DNA of 64,000 nucleotides from an uncultured Thalassospiraceae bacterium (GCA_964632795.1 CAZWEZ010000001.1:45922-109921); one strand, 5' to 3'; shown: positions 1 to 8,414, counted from the first letter of the stretch. Numbers and translations are program-made. The notes: a model not told the origin generated them from the sequence alone.

Positions 1-134
1 CCCCCGGAAGCAAGAAGCTGGCCAGCATCCAGCATGCCTTCGACGTCGAGGAAGACATTGCCGATCTCGCCCGCAATATCTCGGCTTCCGTCGCCGAACG
101 AAAGGATAGTGAAAAAGTCCACTAATATTATGTG

Positions 135-449
135 CTATTGCGTTTCCCCGGCAATCCAGTCGAGGTATTCCCTGTTGCCCCCGGTAATCGGGAGCGAGAT
201 CACGCAGGGACAATCATAGCTGTGAAGCTGCTTGACCTTGGCGATCACCTGATCCACCAAGTCCTGCCGCGTCTTGAGGAGCAAAGCCACTTCGCCGTTC
301 TCTTGCACGGCACCCTCCCACCAGTACATTGAAGTAATGCCGGGCAGCACATTGGCACAGGCGGCGAGCCGGTCTTCGACCACGGCACGGCCGATTTTCG
401 ATGCCTCCTCCTTGGAACCCGTGGTTATGTAGATCATGGTCAGGGTCAT
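135..449 (-). CDS. cutA: Divalent-cation tolerance protein CutA
   Basis: ORF 135..512. Start moved to the internal ATG at 449 (MTLTMIYITTGSKEEASKIGRAVVEDRLAACANVLPGITSMYWWEG...). The ~104 aa length and the Y-x-W-x-G core are typical of CutA1. Confidence 0.85.
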   Translation of the reverse strand: MTLTMIYITTGSKEEASKIGRAVVEDRLAACANVLPGITSMYWWEGAVQENGEVALLLKTRQDLVDQVIAKVKQLHSYDCPCVISLPITGGNREYLDWIAGETQ

Positions 450-565
450 GGCTTGTCCTCTTATAACAAGCATCCGGAGCCGCCTTTCGGCCGGTTCTGG
501 CCCTGAAGGCAAAATTACAGTAGCATGAAGGATACACCATCACCCCAGGGTGAACCGGTAGAAAC

Positions 566-853
566 GTGGCGCGAAACAATCGAACCGAGGCCGTCGTCCC
601 AATCCGAGGCAGAGATGTATTGAAAGTGAAACCGACACAGTCGCAACTGCGGTGGTTGAAGCGAGGCCTCGAACAGGCGGGCGGCAAGCTTCCCCTGTTC
701 GACGACACCGGCCAACGGGTGAATGAGCGCACGGTACGCAGTTGCATAGAGAAAGGATGGGCCAAGCCGTGGTTCGCAAACCCGATCAAGCCGGACTGGC
801 TGGTCTGTAAGCTCACCGATTCCGGGCGTGATGCCATCTCTCGGATCATCTGA
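566..853 (+). CDS. Hypothetical small protein (95 aa, GTG start)
   Basis: Balanced protein-like composition (LRWLKRGLEQAGGKLPLFDD...CIEKGWAKPWF), unlike the Arg/Pro-rich antisense ORFs 214..951 and 515..859. No family recognised. Confidence 0.5.
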   Translation: MARNNRTEAVVPIRGRDVLKVKPTQSQLRWLKRGLEQAGGKLPLFDDTGQRVNERTVRSCIEKGWAKPWFANPIKPDWLVCKLTDSGRDAISRII

Positions 854-1053
854 CGACATGACCTACTCCCTCCTGCTTTGTTCCCGTCTGTTACTGCAAT
901 TGCAGTAGCAATGTTTCGTATACAAACCAATGCCGGGGATGGTGCGGTCATGGCGTTGTTTCACAACTGCCCGATCGAAGGCCCTTGCCCAATCGAGAGC
1001 ATTGTCGGGCATACTGGGAACCGCCCCGGTGACAATGGGAAAACCGCCGCGCC

Positions 1054-1386
1054 ATGAAGTTCCATCTCAAGGAGGAAAAGGATCGGCTGGTTGTCTCCTT
1101 CGAGGGTGAAATCGACCTCGAATCTTCCGGTGAGGCGAGGAAGGTCCTGCTGGACTGTGTTTCGCGGGGACGATCGATACTGGTCGACATGTCGGGCGTG
1201 ACCCTGATCGACAGTTCAGGCGTCGCAGTCCTTTTGGAAGCCTTTCAGGAAACCCGCAAGAAAGGTAAGGAATATGCCCTCGCCGGTGTCGGCGATTCGG
1301 TCCTGCGTGTGCTCAAGCTGGCCCATCTTGAGACGTTCTTCACCATCACCGACAACGCCGCCCAGGAACATTCTGAATCGGGTTGA
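1054..1386 (+). CDS. STAS-domain anti-sigma-factor antagonist (SpoIIAA-like)
   Basis: 110 aa. 'LVVSFEGEIDLESSGEARKVLLD...ILVDMSGVTLIDSSGVAVLLEAFQETRKKGKEYALAGV...VLRVLKLAHLETFF' matches the STAS layout, with the conserved DSSG phospho-Ser loop. Confidence 0.85.
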   Translation: MKFHLKEEKDRLVVSFEGEIDLESSGEARKVLLDCVSRGRSILVDMSGVTLIDSSGVAVLLEAFQETRKKGKEYALAGVGDSVLRVLKLAHLETFFTITDNAAQEHSESG

Positions 1387-1723
1387 AAAGCCGCAAATGC
1401 CTGTCACATTGGGCACTGAACCATTATTCCATGTTCCCCATGGTTCATCGTCTCACAATAAATGGGTGCCCAGGGGAAGGACGTCGTAGGGCCGCGAAAC
1501 CGCCTCCAGGACATCCGCCGTCAATCGTGAACGCAAGACGCGCCGGTTGGCCGATACCGTGGAAGGGAGGTTCGGGAATTGACGAGATTGAACGTTCACG
1601 GCCACGTCTCCCCTTCCCTGTCGTGATGGCGGACGTCGTCCCTGACATGACCCGTGGCCATTCCGGAAAGCCCTCCCCGTGATTTGGGGGAAATGCATCC
1701 GCTTCGATTACACACGGTCTCGT

Positions 1724-1801
1724 TGGTTGCAGGGGGGGGAATCGAAACCCCGTTGTACGGGTTATGAGCCCGCTGCTGGAGCCACTCCACCCTACCCTGC
1801 T
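1724..1801 (-). tRNA. tRNA-Met-like element (CAT anticodon), probably degenerate
   Basis: The reverse complement reads AGCAGGG-TA-GGGTGGAGTGGCTCCAGCA-GCGGG-CTCATAA-CCCGT-ACAAC-GGGGT-TTCGATT-CCCCC-CCCTGCA-A-CCA. The anticodon arm is good, with three G-C pairs next to the loop. The T-arm is recognisable and CCA is encoded. The D-arm collapses to GGAG-TGG-CTCC (3-nt loop), and positions 1:72 and 53:61 are mismatched. Confidence 0.4.
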
Positions 1802-1810
1802 GCAACATCG

Positions 1811-2068
1811 TTACTCCCCACCCCCGGCCAGCAACTGAAAGAGGAAAGGCGCGATGATCCACATTCCGGCACTGGCCAAGAGGAGAATCGCCAGTACCGG
1901 GATCACCCCTGCCCTCCGGCTCCCCCTCGGCCGATCGACGATTCTTTCCAGGCAACTACCAAGGGATCGACCGATGGCACCGCTGCCTTCGACCTTCCCC
2001 GAATCCGTCTCCAGAACCCGTCTCAGGGTTTCGATGACGTGGAAAAATGCTTGACAGGTGGTCGACAT
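1811..2068 (-). CDS. Hypothetical small membrane protein (85 aa)
   Basis: C-terminal hydrophobic helix GVIPVLAILLLASAGMWIIAPFLFQLLAGG. Divergent from the S24 repressor across a 93-bp AT-rich spacer. Only weak coding evidence. Confidence 0.35.
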   Translation of the reverse strand: MSTTCQAFFHVIETLRRVLETDSGKVEGSGAIGRSLGSCLERIVDRPRGSRRAGVIPVLAILLLASAGMWIIAPFLFQLLAGGGE

Positions 2069-2161
2069 GGTGCATACGATATCTCATAATCATGCGGTAG
2101 TCAAAGAAAATAACATGATCATACTATCGCATTTCGGTGTGAACTGTATCATTGTGTTTGC

Positions 2162-2929
2162 ATGGACAAGGCTCGGGATGCGGACAAGCGTAGGCAGGCG
2201 TTCCATGACTTCATGGACGCCTACGGGCTCAAGACTGCGCCTTGGGCGAAGAAGGCAGGCGTCAGCCCAAGCAGCATCTATAACTTCCTCAACGGCCGTT
2301 CCGATTCCCTCTCCCAACGCAATCTCGAGGCTCTCGCCGGGGCGTCGGGACACCCGGTTTCGGAGTTGACCGGGGAAACCTCCCTGGGCACCGGCTATGG
2401 TTTCGGCCTTTCCGAGGAGGGGGAACTGTTTATCGGAACGTCGAACGGCCGCGCCAAATACGATAGCGACATATTTTCGCCACAACCCCATGCCATGCCT
2501 ATGGAAAGGGTACCGTTACCTCCACAAGGTGGCCGGGACCTGTCGGTATTCGGTTACGCTGAAGGCGGTGGGGATAGGTTGTTTATCGATAACGGAAACA
2601 TCGTCGATCGCATCCAACGGCCGGATTATCTGTTGAATGTCCGTGAAGCCTACGGGGTTTATGTCGTCGGTGATTCGATGCTACCCCGCCTGAAGGTCGG
2701 ATGGCTGCTTTACGTGGATCCGGGAAGACCGCCGCGCCAAGGCGATGACGTTGTCGTCCAGTTCAAGGCTACCGAGGGGGAAGGCGGCAACCCGGCGATC
2801 GTCAAGGAATTCGTCAGCCGGGACAGCAAGAAACTCGTCCTGCTCCAGTTGAACCCCGACAAGGTGTTGACCCACAGAAACGAGGATATCCACGCCGTTC
2901 ATGTGGTTGTGGGGCTGAGGCGTTTGTGA
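2162..2929 (+). CDS. Phage CI/LexA-like repressor (XRE HTH plus S24 peptidase domain)
   Basis: N-terminal HTH (WAKKAGVSPSSIYNFLNGRSDSLSQRNLEALA). The C-terminal S24 catalytic region 'VVGDSMLPRLKVGWLLYVDP...QGDDVVVQF...IVKEF' carries the Ser nucleophile in GDSM and a downstream Lys. Confidence 0.85.
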   Translation: MDKARDADKRRQAFHDFMDAYGLKTAPWAKKAGVSPSSIYNFLNGRSDSLSQRNLEALAGASGHPVSELTGETSLGTGYGFGLSEEGELFIGTSNGRAKYDSDIFSPQPHAMPMERVPLPPQGGRDLSVFGYAEGGGDRLFIDNGNIVDRIQRPDYLLNVREAYGVYVVGDSMLPRLKVGWLLYVDPGRPPRQGDDVVVQFKATEGEGGNPAIVKEFVSRDSKKLVLLQLNPDKVLTHRNEDIHAVHVVVGLRRL

Positions 2930-3182
2930 GCCTCGGGCCCTATCCTCCCGGTTATCCCCGGCCTTTCCGCCGGGGTGTTGACCGTCGACATCAGCGATCC
3001 ACCTAACGCAATTTCCATTGTTCCCTTCCCGTTGCCCACCGGGAAGGGCCTTTGTCCGCCTTTCTCCTTCGATGGTGAATCGTTCGGAAATCACGTACTT
3101 ATGTGTTTTCCTCTTGATAAATAGCATGCTTATGCGATACTGTGTTTCCCATGCCCTCATTGGCGACGGGAACGAGGATGTA

Positions 3183-3788
3183 ATGGAGGACCGGGAACGA
3201 CAGAAAGAAGCCACATACCGGCATACGCCTGGACCTTGGAAGGCCGGCCCCCTGACCGAGGACGGATTGAGGCGGGACCGTCAACATGTCTATGTCGATG
3301 TATTCGGTGGCGGAAGAAAGATTGCCCGCATATCAGCCTACGGAAAAAGGGAAAACGGTCTCCTGTCCTGGGGACTGAAGGCGCGTGGCAAGACACCCCA
3401 CATTGTTTCCGAGACGGAGGTCAAGGCCAACGCCCGCCGCCTCGTCGCCACGGTCAATGCCCTCGAAGGCATATCCACGAGAACCCTCGAAAAGATCGCC
3501 GGATGCAACGGCAACGTGGAAGTCAGGAGTAAGGGGAAAATCAAACCCTTTCCCCTTCGCCGTCTCGTGGTCGCGCTTGGGGCGGTGGGGGGAATCCCGA
3601 CACTGGCCCTGGAAGACGGCGTCCTGACGGCCATCGTTCGTCTCGCCGCCATCGGCCTGCGCACACTGGAACACGGGCCTTCGGAGGATGTCACGCGGTT
3701 CTGCAGGGGTCGTGAAAATCGTGCCCTTAGCCAGGCAAGAACCTGCATCGCCCTCCATGGGAAGACGCAGGGTGGTGCCAATGCCTGA
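3183..3788 (+). CDS. Hypothetical phage-related protein
   Basis: ORF 3018..3788, start moved to ATG 3183 (MEDRERQKEATYRHTPGPWKAG...). Its stop overlaps the start of the next gene (ATGCCTGA). Confidence 0.5.
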   Translation: MEDRERQKEATYRHTPGPWKAGPLTEDGLRRDRQHVYVDVFGGGRKIARISAYGKRENGLLSWGLKARGKTPHIVSETEVKANARRLVATVNALEGISTRTLEKIAGCNGNVEVRSKGKIKPFPLRRLVVALGAVGGIPTLALEDGVLTAIVRLAAIGLRTLEHGPSEDVTRFCRGRENRALSQARTCIALHGKTQGGANA

Positions 3789-3978
3789 TACCGTTCCGCG
3801 ACACGTACAACGATCGGAAGCAACGGATATCGACACCCTCGATAAACAGGCTGTTGCCTATCTGGGCCGCCCGCTGAACGCGACCGAGCGATCCCTTCTC
3901 AAGGTTTATCTCAGGGGCGGATATCGGGATCGCTGGGAACTGTCGTGCGGCGCCCCGCATCCGGAGGACCTGTCATGA
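3781..3978 (+). CDS. Hypothetical small protein (65 aa)
   Basis: Internal ATG 3781 of ORF 3688..3978. Translationally coupled on both sides by overlapping stop/start codons. Confidence 0.4.
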   Translation: MPDTVPRHVQRSEATDIDTLDKQAVAYLGRPLNATERSLLKVYLRGGYRDRWELSCGAPHPEDLS

Positions 3979-4211
3979 CCCGCCTCCCGAAGCCGTGCGA
4001 AGGGCAGGCCCGCGAGTTCGAGATGCGTGCGACGTTCGATGGCGATGAAGGTCCGGTCGAAGTCCATATCGACGGCGACATGATCACCATCAGATGCGAC
4101 CTTGGCATCGCCCATTTGCATCTGAGTGAATTCGACCGGGTTTCCGACGAACTCGCCGCCTACCGCCGAGCCGTGGAGACCGTCGAAAACGGTGCCGCCA
4201 AGGTTGCTTAA
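3975..4211 (+). CDS. Hypothetical small protein (78 aa)
   Basis: Internal ATG 3975 (ATGA overlap with the upstream stop). Acidic, protein-like sequence MTRLPKPCEGQAREFEMRATFDGDEGPVEVHIDGD... Confidence 0.4.
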   Translation: MTRLPKPCEGQAREFEMRATFDGDEGPVEVHIDGDMITIRCDLGIAHLHLSEFDRVSDELAAYRRAVETVENGAAKVA

Positions 4212-4885
4212 TCGTCGTCCCCGACGTTCGCCCCATCGATCGAGGCTTGAAGGCTATCGCCATCGAAATCAATGAACCCCTTCGTCACTTCGGCGAATTC
4301 CCGATAGAAGGGTTCTTCGGCCATTTCAATGACCTTGTCGCAAAAGCGGGGGATCCATTGGGACAGGTGTTCGTCCAGGAAGCGCTTTTCGATTTTCAGG
4401 ATGTTGGTGGCGAACTCCTGGTTGGGTTCCGTCCAGGCCTCCGCTTCCTTCAACGCCAGTTGTTGCATGAATTCAAACTCGGCGCTGATGTGGTCGGGCA
4501 TCCCCGAGAATGAATCGTCGATCGCCAGCCCGGCCGCCTCCATGAATTTTTTGACCTTGACCGTCTCCGGCCCCCAGAACCCGGGTTCCTGTTTGGATTC
4601 CGTTTTGATATGAACGGACTCGTTCGGGGAAAGATGAGGACCCGGTCCGATGAACAGTCGCGTGAATTCGACGGCCAGGTCCTCAACGAGGTTATCGTTG
4701 GAGGTAACGAAGAACGACTCCCCCAGGGAGATCCCAAGAGCTTCCAGGACCCCGGAAAACTCCGGGGTCCTGAGTTGGGTCAGAAGCTCGCTGGAGGGCT
4801 CCGCCCGGAAAACGCCGGCCAACAGGCCATACACGTTGGAACGCGCGGTCGCCGTATCGGCCATGTCCTTCCGGGCGGATGCCAT
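4208..4885 (-). CDS. TorD/DmsD-family redox-enzyme maturation chaperone (module 1)
   Basis: 225 aa. 'SNVYGLLAGVFRAEP...LAVEFTRLFIGPGPHLSPNESVH...PDHISAEFEFMQQL' is the TorD-like signature. Lies directly downstream of the Mo subunit. Confidence 0.85.
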   Translation of the reverse strand: MASARKDMADTATARSNVYGLLAGVFRAEPSSELLTQLRTPEFSGVLEALGISLGESFFVTSNDNLVEDLAVEFTRLFIGPGPHLSPNESVHIKTESKQEPGFWGPETVKVKKFMEAAGLAIDDSFSGMPDHISAEFEFMQQLALKEAEAWTEPNQEFATNILKIEKRFLDEHLSQWIPRFCDKVIEMAEEPFYREFAEVTKGFIDFDGDSLQASIDGANVGDDD

Positions 4886-4911
4886 TGCTACGTACTCCTC
4901 GGTCTAGCGTT

Positions 4912-7440
4912 CTAGGCCTTGACGACCTTGACCACCGTATCCATCCACCTTTGCTGGCCGGTAATCGGATCCGACGAGTTGGGGATGACGTAATTGGGGT
5001 TAACGCCGTGACGATCCCAAGCCTTGTTCTTGAAATCGGGATCGTCCGCGACCACTCCCGGGAACGGATCCGCTTTTCCCGAACCGTAACGGCCGGAGAA
5101 CTCGCGACCCACGTGGAAGGAGATGGCGATGATCCCGGGGATGATCCCCTCGGTCACGCGGACAGTGGTGGTGACTTCGCCAGTGCCGCTCTTGACCTTG
5201 ATCTTGTCACCATCCTTGAGGCCCCGCTCCGTGGCGGTCTTGGTATTCATCCACCCCGGATTGTCGTGATAGATCTCCGACAACCACTTGCAGTGACTGG
5301 TCCGCGAGTGAGTATGCGCGGCGACCTTGAAGGTGGTGAGGATCAGATCGTCGGCGGCCATCGCCGCGTGCTCGGGGATCTTCTCGTAGGTCGGGAACGG
5401 ATTGAACTTCTTAACCTCCAGGAGATCGGAATAAATCTCCAGGAAGCCAGACTTATTGAGCTTGTCCGGTTTGAAGCCCTTATAGACCTCGCCATCGATC
5501 TCCTGACCGACATACCCCTTGACCGCGTTCTTGGTTTTCATGTAGCCGGTCTTGATGGCCTCTTCAGCGCTCTTGGCCTTGGACTTCTTCCATTTCCAGT
5601 ACACGCCCGTGGCTTCGTCGAGGATGACGCCGTCCGCCTTGTACTTGTCCGGCGAAACCTTCTTCTTGTAGCCGTAGAAGTCCGGCTTGGCGTTCTTATC
5701 GTACAGGACGCCGTGCTCCTTCATGTACGCGAAGCCACCGGCGGCCTTCACGGGCTTGGTCATTTCGCAGGACTGCTGGACGTAGTCCATCTTGCTGCTG
5801 TAGGCCAACTCGATTCCGAGCCGCTTCGCCAAGTCGGGCCAGACGTCGCCCAGATCCCTCGATTCGCCGAGAGGTTCCACGAAGGGCTGGCGCAGGTAGT
5901 GCTCCCCGATCTGGGTCGGCGAGACCATGTCCTCCCAGTCCCACCTCTCGAGATAGGTGGCGTCGGGGATGATGAGGTCGGCAAGCGCCGAAGACTCGTC
6001 GTAGACGATGTTCGAGGTCACCAGGTACGGCATGATGCTCTCGTCCATCATGGTCGCGCGGTTGCCGTTGGAATCGCCGTTGCAGTAGACCGGGTTGTAG
6101 CAATACCACATATAGACGTCGGGGCGACCTTGAGAGCCGTCCTTGATCACCGGCAGCACTTCCTGGCAGACCCCATGGCTCGGATAGGCGATCGTGCCTT
6201 TGAAGCCCTTGGTGATTTTCAGGGCCTTGGTCTTGACATGCTTCGACTTGGGTCCTTTCCACTTGGCGCCCACACCCTGGCAACGACCGCCGGGGCTGTT
6301 GATGTTGTCGGTGATCCCCGCCAGCAGCATCATTGACCGTTCACCGTCGCACCCGTTGAGGCCAGCGGCGACACCACGGTAGCTGACCACGACGCCCGAC
6401 TTCGCCTTGGCGAAGCCGCGCGCGAGGTCACGGATCTTGTCGGCGGGCACGCCGCTTTCCTTCGAGGCCACCTCGGGAGTGAACTTGGCCACTCTGGCCT
6501 TGACCGCGGCGATCTTCTCGTCCACCGAGGCATTGCGGTCGGCGGTGACCTTCATGAACTTGAAGAAGTCCTTCTTGTAGAGCCCCTCGTTCATGATGAC
6601 GTTGCACATCGCAAGGGCAACCAAGCCGTCCGTGCCGACATTGATGGGAAGCCACGCGTCGGCAAAGGCAGCGGTATTGGTCAAGCGCACGTCGAAGACA
6701 TACATCGGCACCTTCCGGTCCACATGGGCATCGATGAGCCTCTGGGAGGATGGAATGTGATTGGTATGGGTATTGGTCACGTTGCTGCCGAAGACCAGGA
6801 TATAGTCCGTGTTCTCGAAGTCCCAGTTGTCGTAGTGACCACCCCAGGTGAGTTCCTGAGTGGTCCACTTTCCGCCTTCGCAGATGGATGTGTGGCCAGC
6901 TATGGTCTTGGTCCCGAAAGCGCTCAGGAAGTCCTTGGTGACCTTGGACGAACTGGACTTCATGCGTCCGTAATGGAACATGAACTTCTCGGGCGTGCCG
7001 GCATCGAGCAGCGGCTTGATATGCGCCGCGATCTCGTCCAGGGCTTCGTCCCAGCCGATCCTCTTCCACTTGTGCTCGCCGCGCTTGCCGACTCGCTTGA
7101 GCGGATAAAGGATACGGTCCGGGAAATAGACCTGGTTGATGCCGCCATGGGCCCTGGCGCAGACCACGCCCTTGGTCCTGACGGAATCGGGATGCCCCTC
7201 GATCTTGACGAGGCGTCCGTCCTCCACGTAGCCGACGATCGAATCCCTGGTCACGCACTGCCAGCAAGCCGATGCGATCCGCTTTCTTTCCTTGCCGGTG
7301 GCAGGAGAGAAATCGCGTCCCCCAGCCGCCAGCTTGACGCTCCCGGCGAGGGCGGCTTTGCTTCCGATGGCCCCTGTCGCCAGGACAGCTCCGCTGGCCG
7401 TGGCCAGCTTCATGAAACTGCGTCGGTTCAAACTTTGCAT
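4912..7440 (-). CDS. Mo-bisPGD (DMSO-reductase family) oxidoreductase catalytic subunit, paralog 1 (Psr/Phs/Ttr/Arr-like)
   Basis: ORF 4912..7491, start moved to ATG 7440 behind AAGGAG. Tat signal NRRSFMKLATASGAVLATGA. N-terminal FS0 motif C-x2-C-x3-D-x27-C. 'GHTSICEGGK' is the putative Cys Mo-ligand region. About 842 aa. Confidence 0.9.
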   Translation of the reverse strand: MQSLNRRSFMKLATASGAVLATGAIGSKAALAGSVKLAAGGRDFSPATGKERKRIASACWQCVTRDSIVGYVEDGRLVKIEGHPDSVRTKGVVCARAHGGINQVYFPDRILYPLKRVGKRGEHKWKRIGWDEALDEIAAHIKPLLDAGTPEKFMFHYGRMKSSSSKVTKDFLSAFGTKTIAGHTSICEGGKWTTQELTWGGHYDNWDFENTDYILVFGSNVTNTHTNHIPSSQRLIDAHVDRKVPMYVFDVRLTNTAAFADAWLPINVGTDGLVALAMCNVIMNEGLYKKDFFKFMKVTADRNASVDEKIAAVKARVAKFTPEVASKESGVPADKIRDLARGFAKAKSGVVVSYRGVAAGLNGCDGERSMMLLAGITDNINSPGGRCQGVGAKWKGPKSKHVKTKALKITKGFKGTIAYPSHGVCQEVLPVIKDGSQGRPDVYMWYCYNPVYCNGDSNGNRATMMDESIMPYLVTSNIVYDESSALADLIIPDATYLERWDWEDMVSPTQIGEHYLRQPFVEPLGESRDLGDVWPDLAKRLGIELAYSSKMDYVQQSCEMTKPVKAAGGFAYMKEHGVLYDKNAKPDFYGYKKKVSPDKYKADGVILDEATGVYWKWKKSKAKSAEEAIKTGYMKTKNAVKGYVGQEIDGEVYKGFKPDKLNKSGFLEIYSDLLEVKKFNPFPTYEKIPEHAAMAADDLILTTFKVAAHTHSRTSHCKWLSEIYHDNPGWMNTKTATERGLKDGDKIKVKSGTGEVTTTVRVTEGIIPGIIAISFHVGREFSGRYGSGKADPFPGVVADDPDFKNKAWDRHGVNPNYVIPNSSDPITGQQRWMDTVVKVVKA

Positions 7441-7471
7441 TATCACGTTCTCCTTCGCCCTGTCGGGCCTA

Positions 7472-8314
7472 TCAATCCACCATTTCCACATAGTGATCCA
7501 ACTTGCCCTTGGTCCGCTTGGTGTAGGCGGCCTTCAGGACGTTGTTCGGATCGATGTAGTACACTTGCGGATAGGTGCCTTCCTCGGAAAGCAACACGTT
7601 GTCGGCAAGATTGTGCTCCTTGACCAACTGGGACACCTTGCTGTTCGGATCGTTGAGATCGCCGAAGATCCTCGCCTTACCCTGACAGGTGTTGACGCAA
7701 GCCGGCTCGACGCCGTTATCGAGTCTGTGCACGCACATGTCGCACTTCTCGACGCCTTGCAACTCGGGCTTCATGCCCGCTTTGACGAAGGGATGGAAGG
7801 AGCGGACACCGTACGGACACTCGTCGATGCACTTGCCGCAGCCGATGCACTGGGTATTGTCGACAAGGATCAGGCCGTCGGGCCGCTTGTAGGTGGCGCC
7901 ATCCCGATAACGGATCTTCTTGCCGTCGGGGCCCTTGAAGGACCTGCGCTTACCCGGGTACTGCGGGCAAATCTTGACGCAGATCGGAATCTTGTCCTTC
8001 TCGTTGCCTTCGCAGTGGTTGCACATCAGCGGCAGGTTGACCTTCGTCACGTCGGGGAAGGTCCCCATCATCTTGCGCTGAACGACGGTCCTGAAGCGGC
8101 CGAGGGCAACCCCGTTCTCCGCCTTGCAGGCGACCGTGCAGGCGCTGCATCCGACACACCGGCGCAGGTCCATGACCATCGCCCATCGCGGCGCATCCCG
8201 CTTCGGGGCCTGCGCGGCGACAGCCTCGCTCACGGTCACGGCGGCGACGACGGCCAAACCGGCGCCTTTCAGGACTTCCCGCCGTCCGACCTTGGTTCTT
8301 TCCATGGTACTCAT
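7472..8314 (-). CDS. Four-cluster [4Fe-4S] electron-transfer subunit with its own Tat signal (module 1)
   Basis: 280 aa. Tat signal GRREVLKGAGLAVVAA. Four Cys groups: CVGCSACTVAC, CNHC..C..IC, CIGCGKCIDEC, CDMC..C..TC. Confidence 0.9.
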   Translation of the reverse strand: MSTMERTKVGRREVLKGAGLAVVAAVTVSEAVAAQAPKRDAPRWAMVMDLRRCVGCSACTVACKAENGVALGRFRTVVQRKMMGTFPDVTKVNLPLMCNHCEGNEKDKIPICVKICPQYPGKRRSFKGPDGKKIRYRDGATYKRPDGLILVDNTQCIGCGKCIDECPYGVRSFHPFVKAGMKPELQGVEKCDMCVHRLDNGVEPACVNTCQGKARIFGDLNDPNSKVSQLVKEHNLADNVLLSEEGTYPQVYYIDPNNVLKAAYTKRTKGKLDHYVEMVD

Positions 8315-8414
8315 TTTACACCTCTCCTTTGCATCTTACGTTCCTTCCTTGCACTAATTGCGACGCGAGTTTTGAGAGTCTCCCACCTCCGAATTCTTTC
8401 TCCTCATCCCTGGA

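Noticed and set aside
3-125. Possible 3' end of a plus-strand gene running in from the left edge (..KKLASIQHAFDVEEDIADLARNISASVAERKDSEKVH*).
   Set aside because: Only 40 codons with no recognisable motif. Plausible, but not supportable as a feature.
4879-6336. 485-aa plus-strand ORF. Similar long ORFs are 6724..7623, 7292..8482, 15671..17566, 24490..25659, 28799..29785, 45676..46686, 50392..51552 and 57794..59680.
   Set aside because: All lie antisense to or out of frame with genes that have unmistakable family signatures. They have the Arg/Gly/Pro/Asp-rich, low-complexity composition typical of non-coding frames in high-GC DNA.
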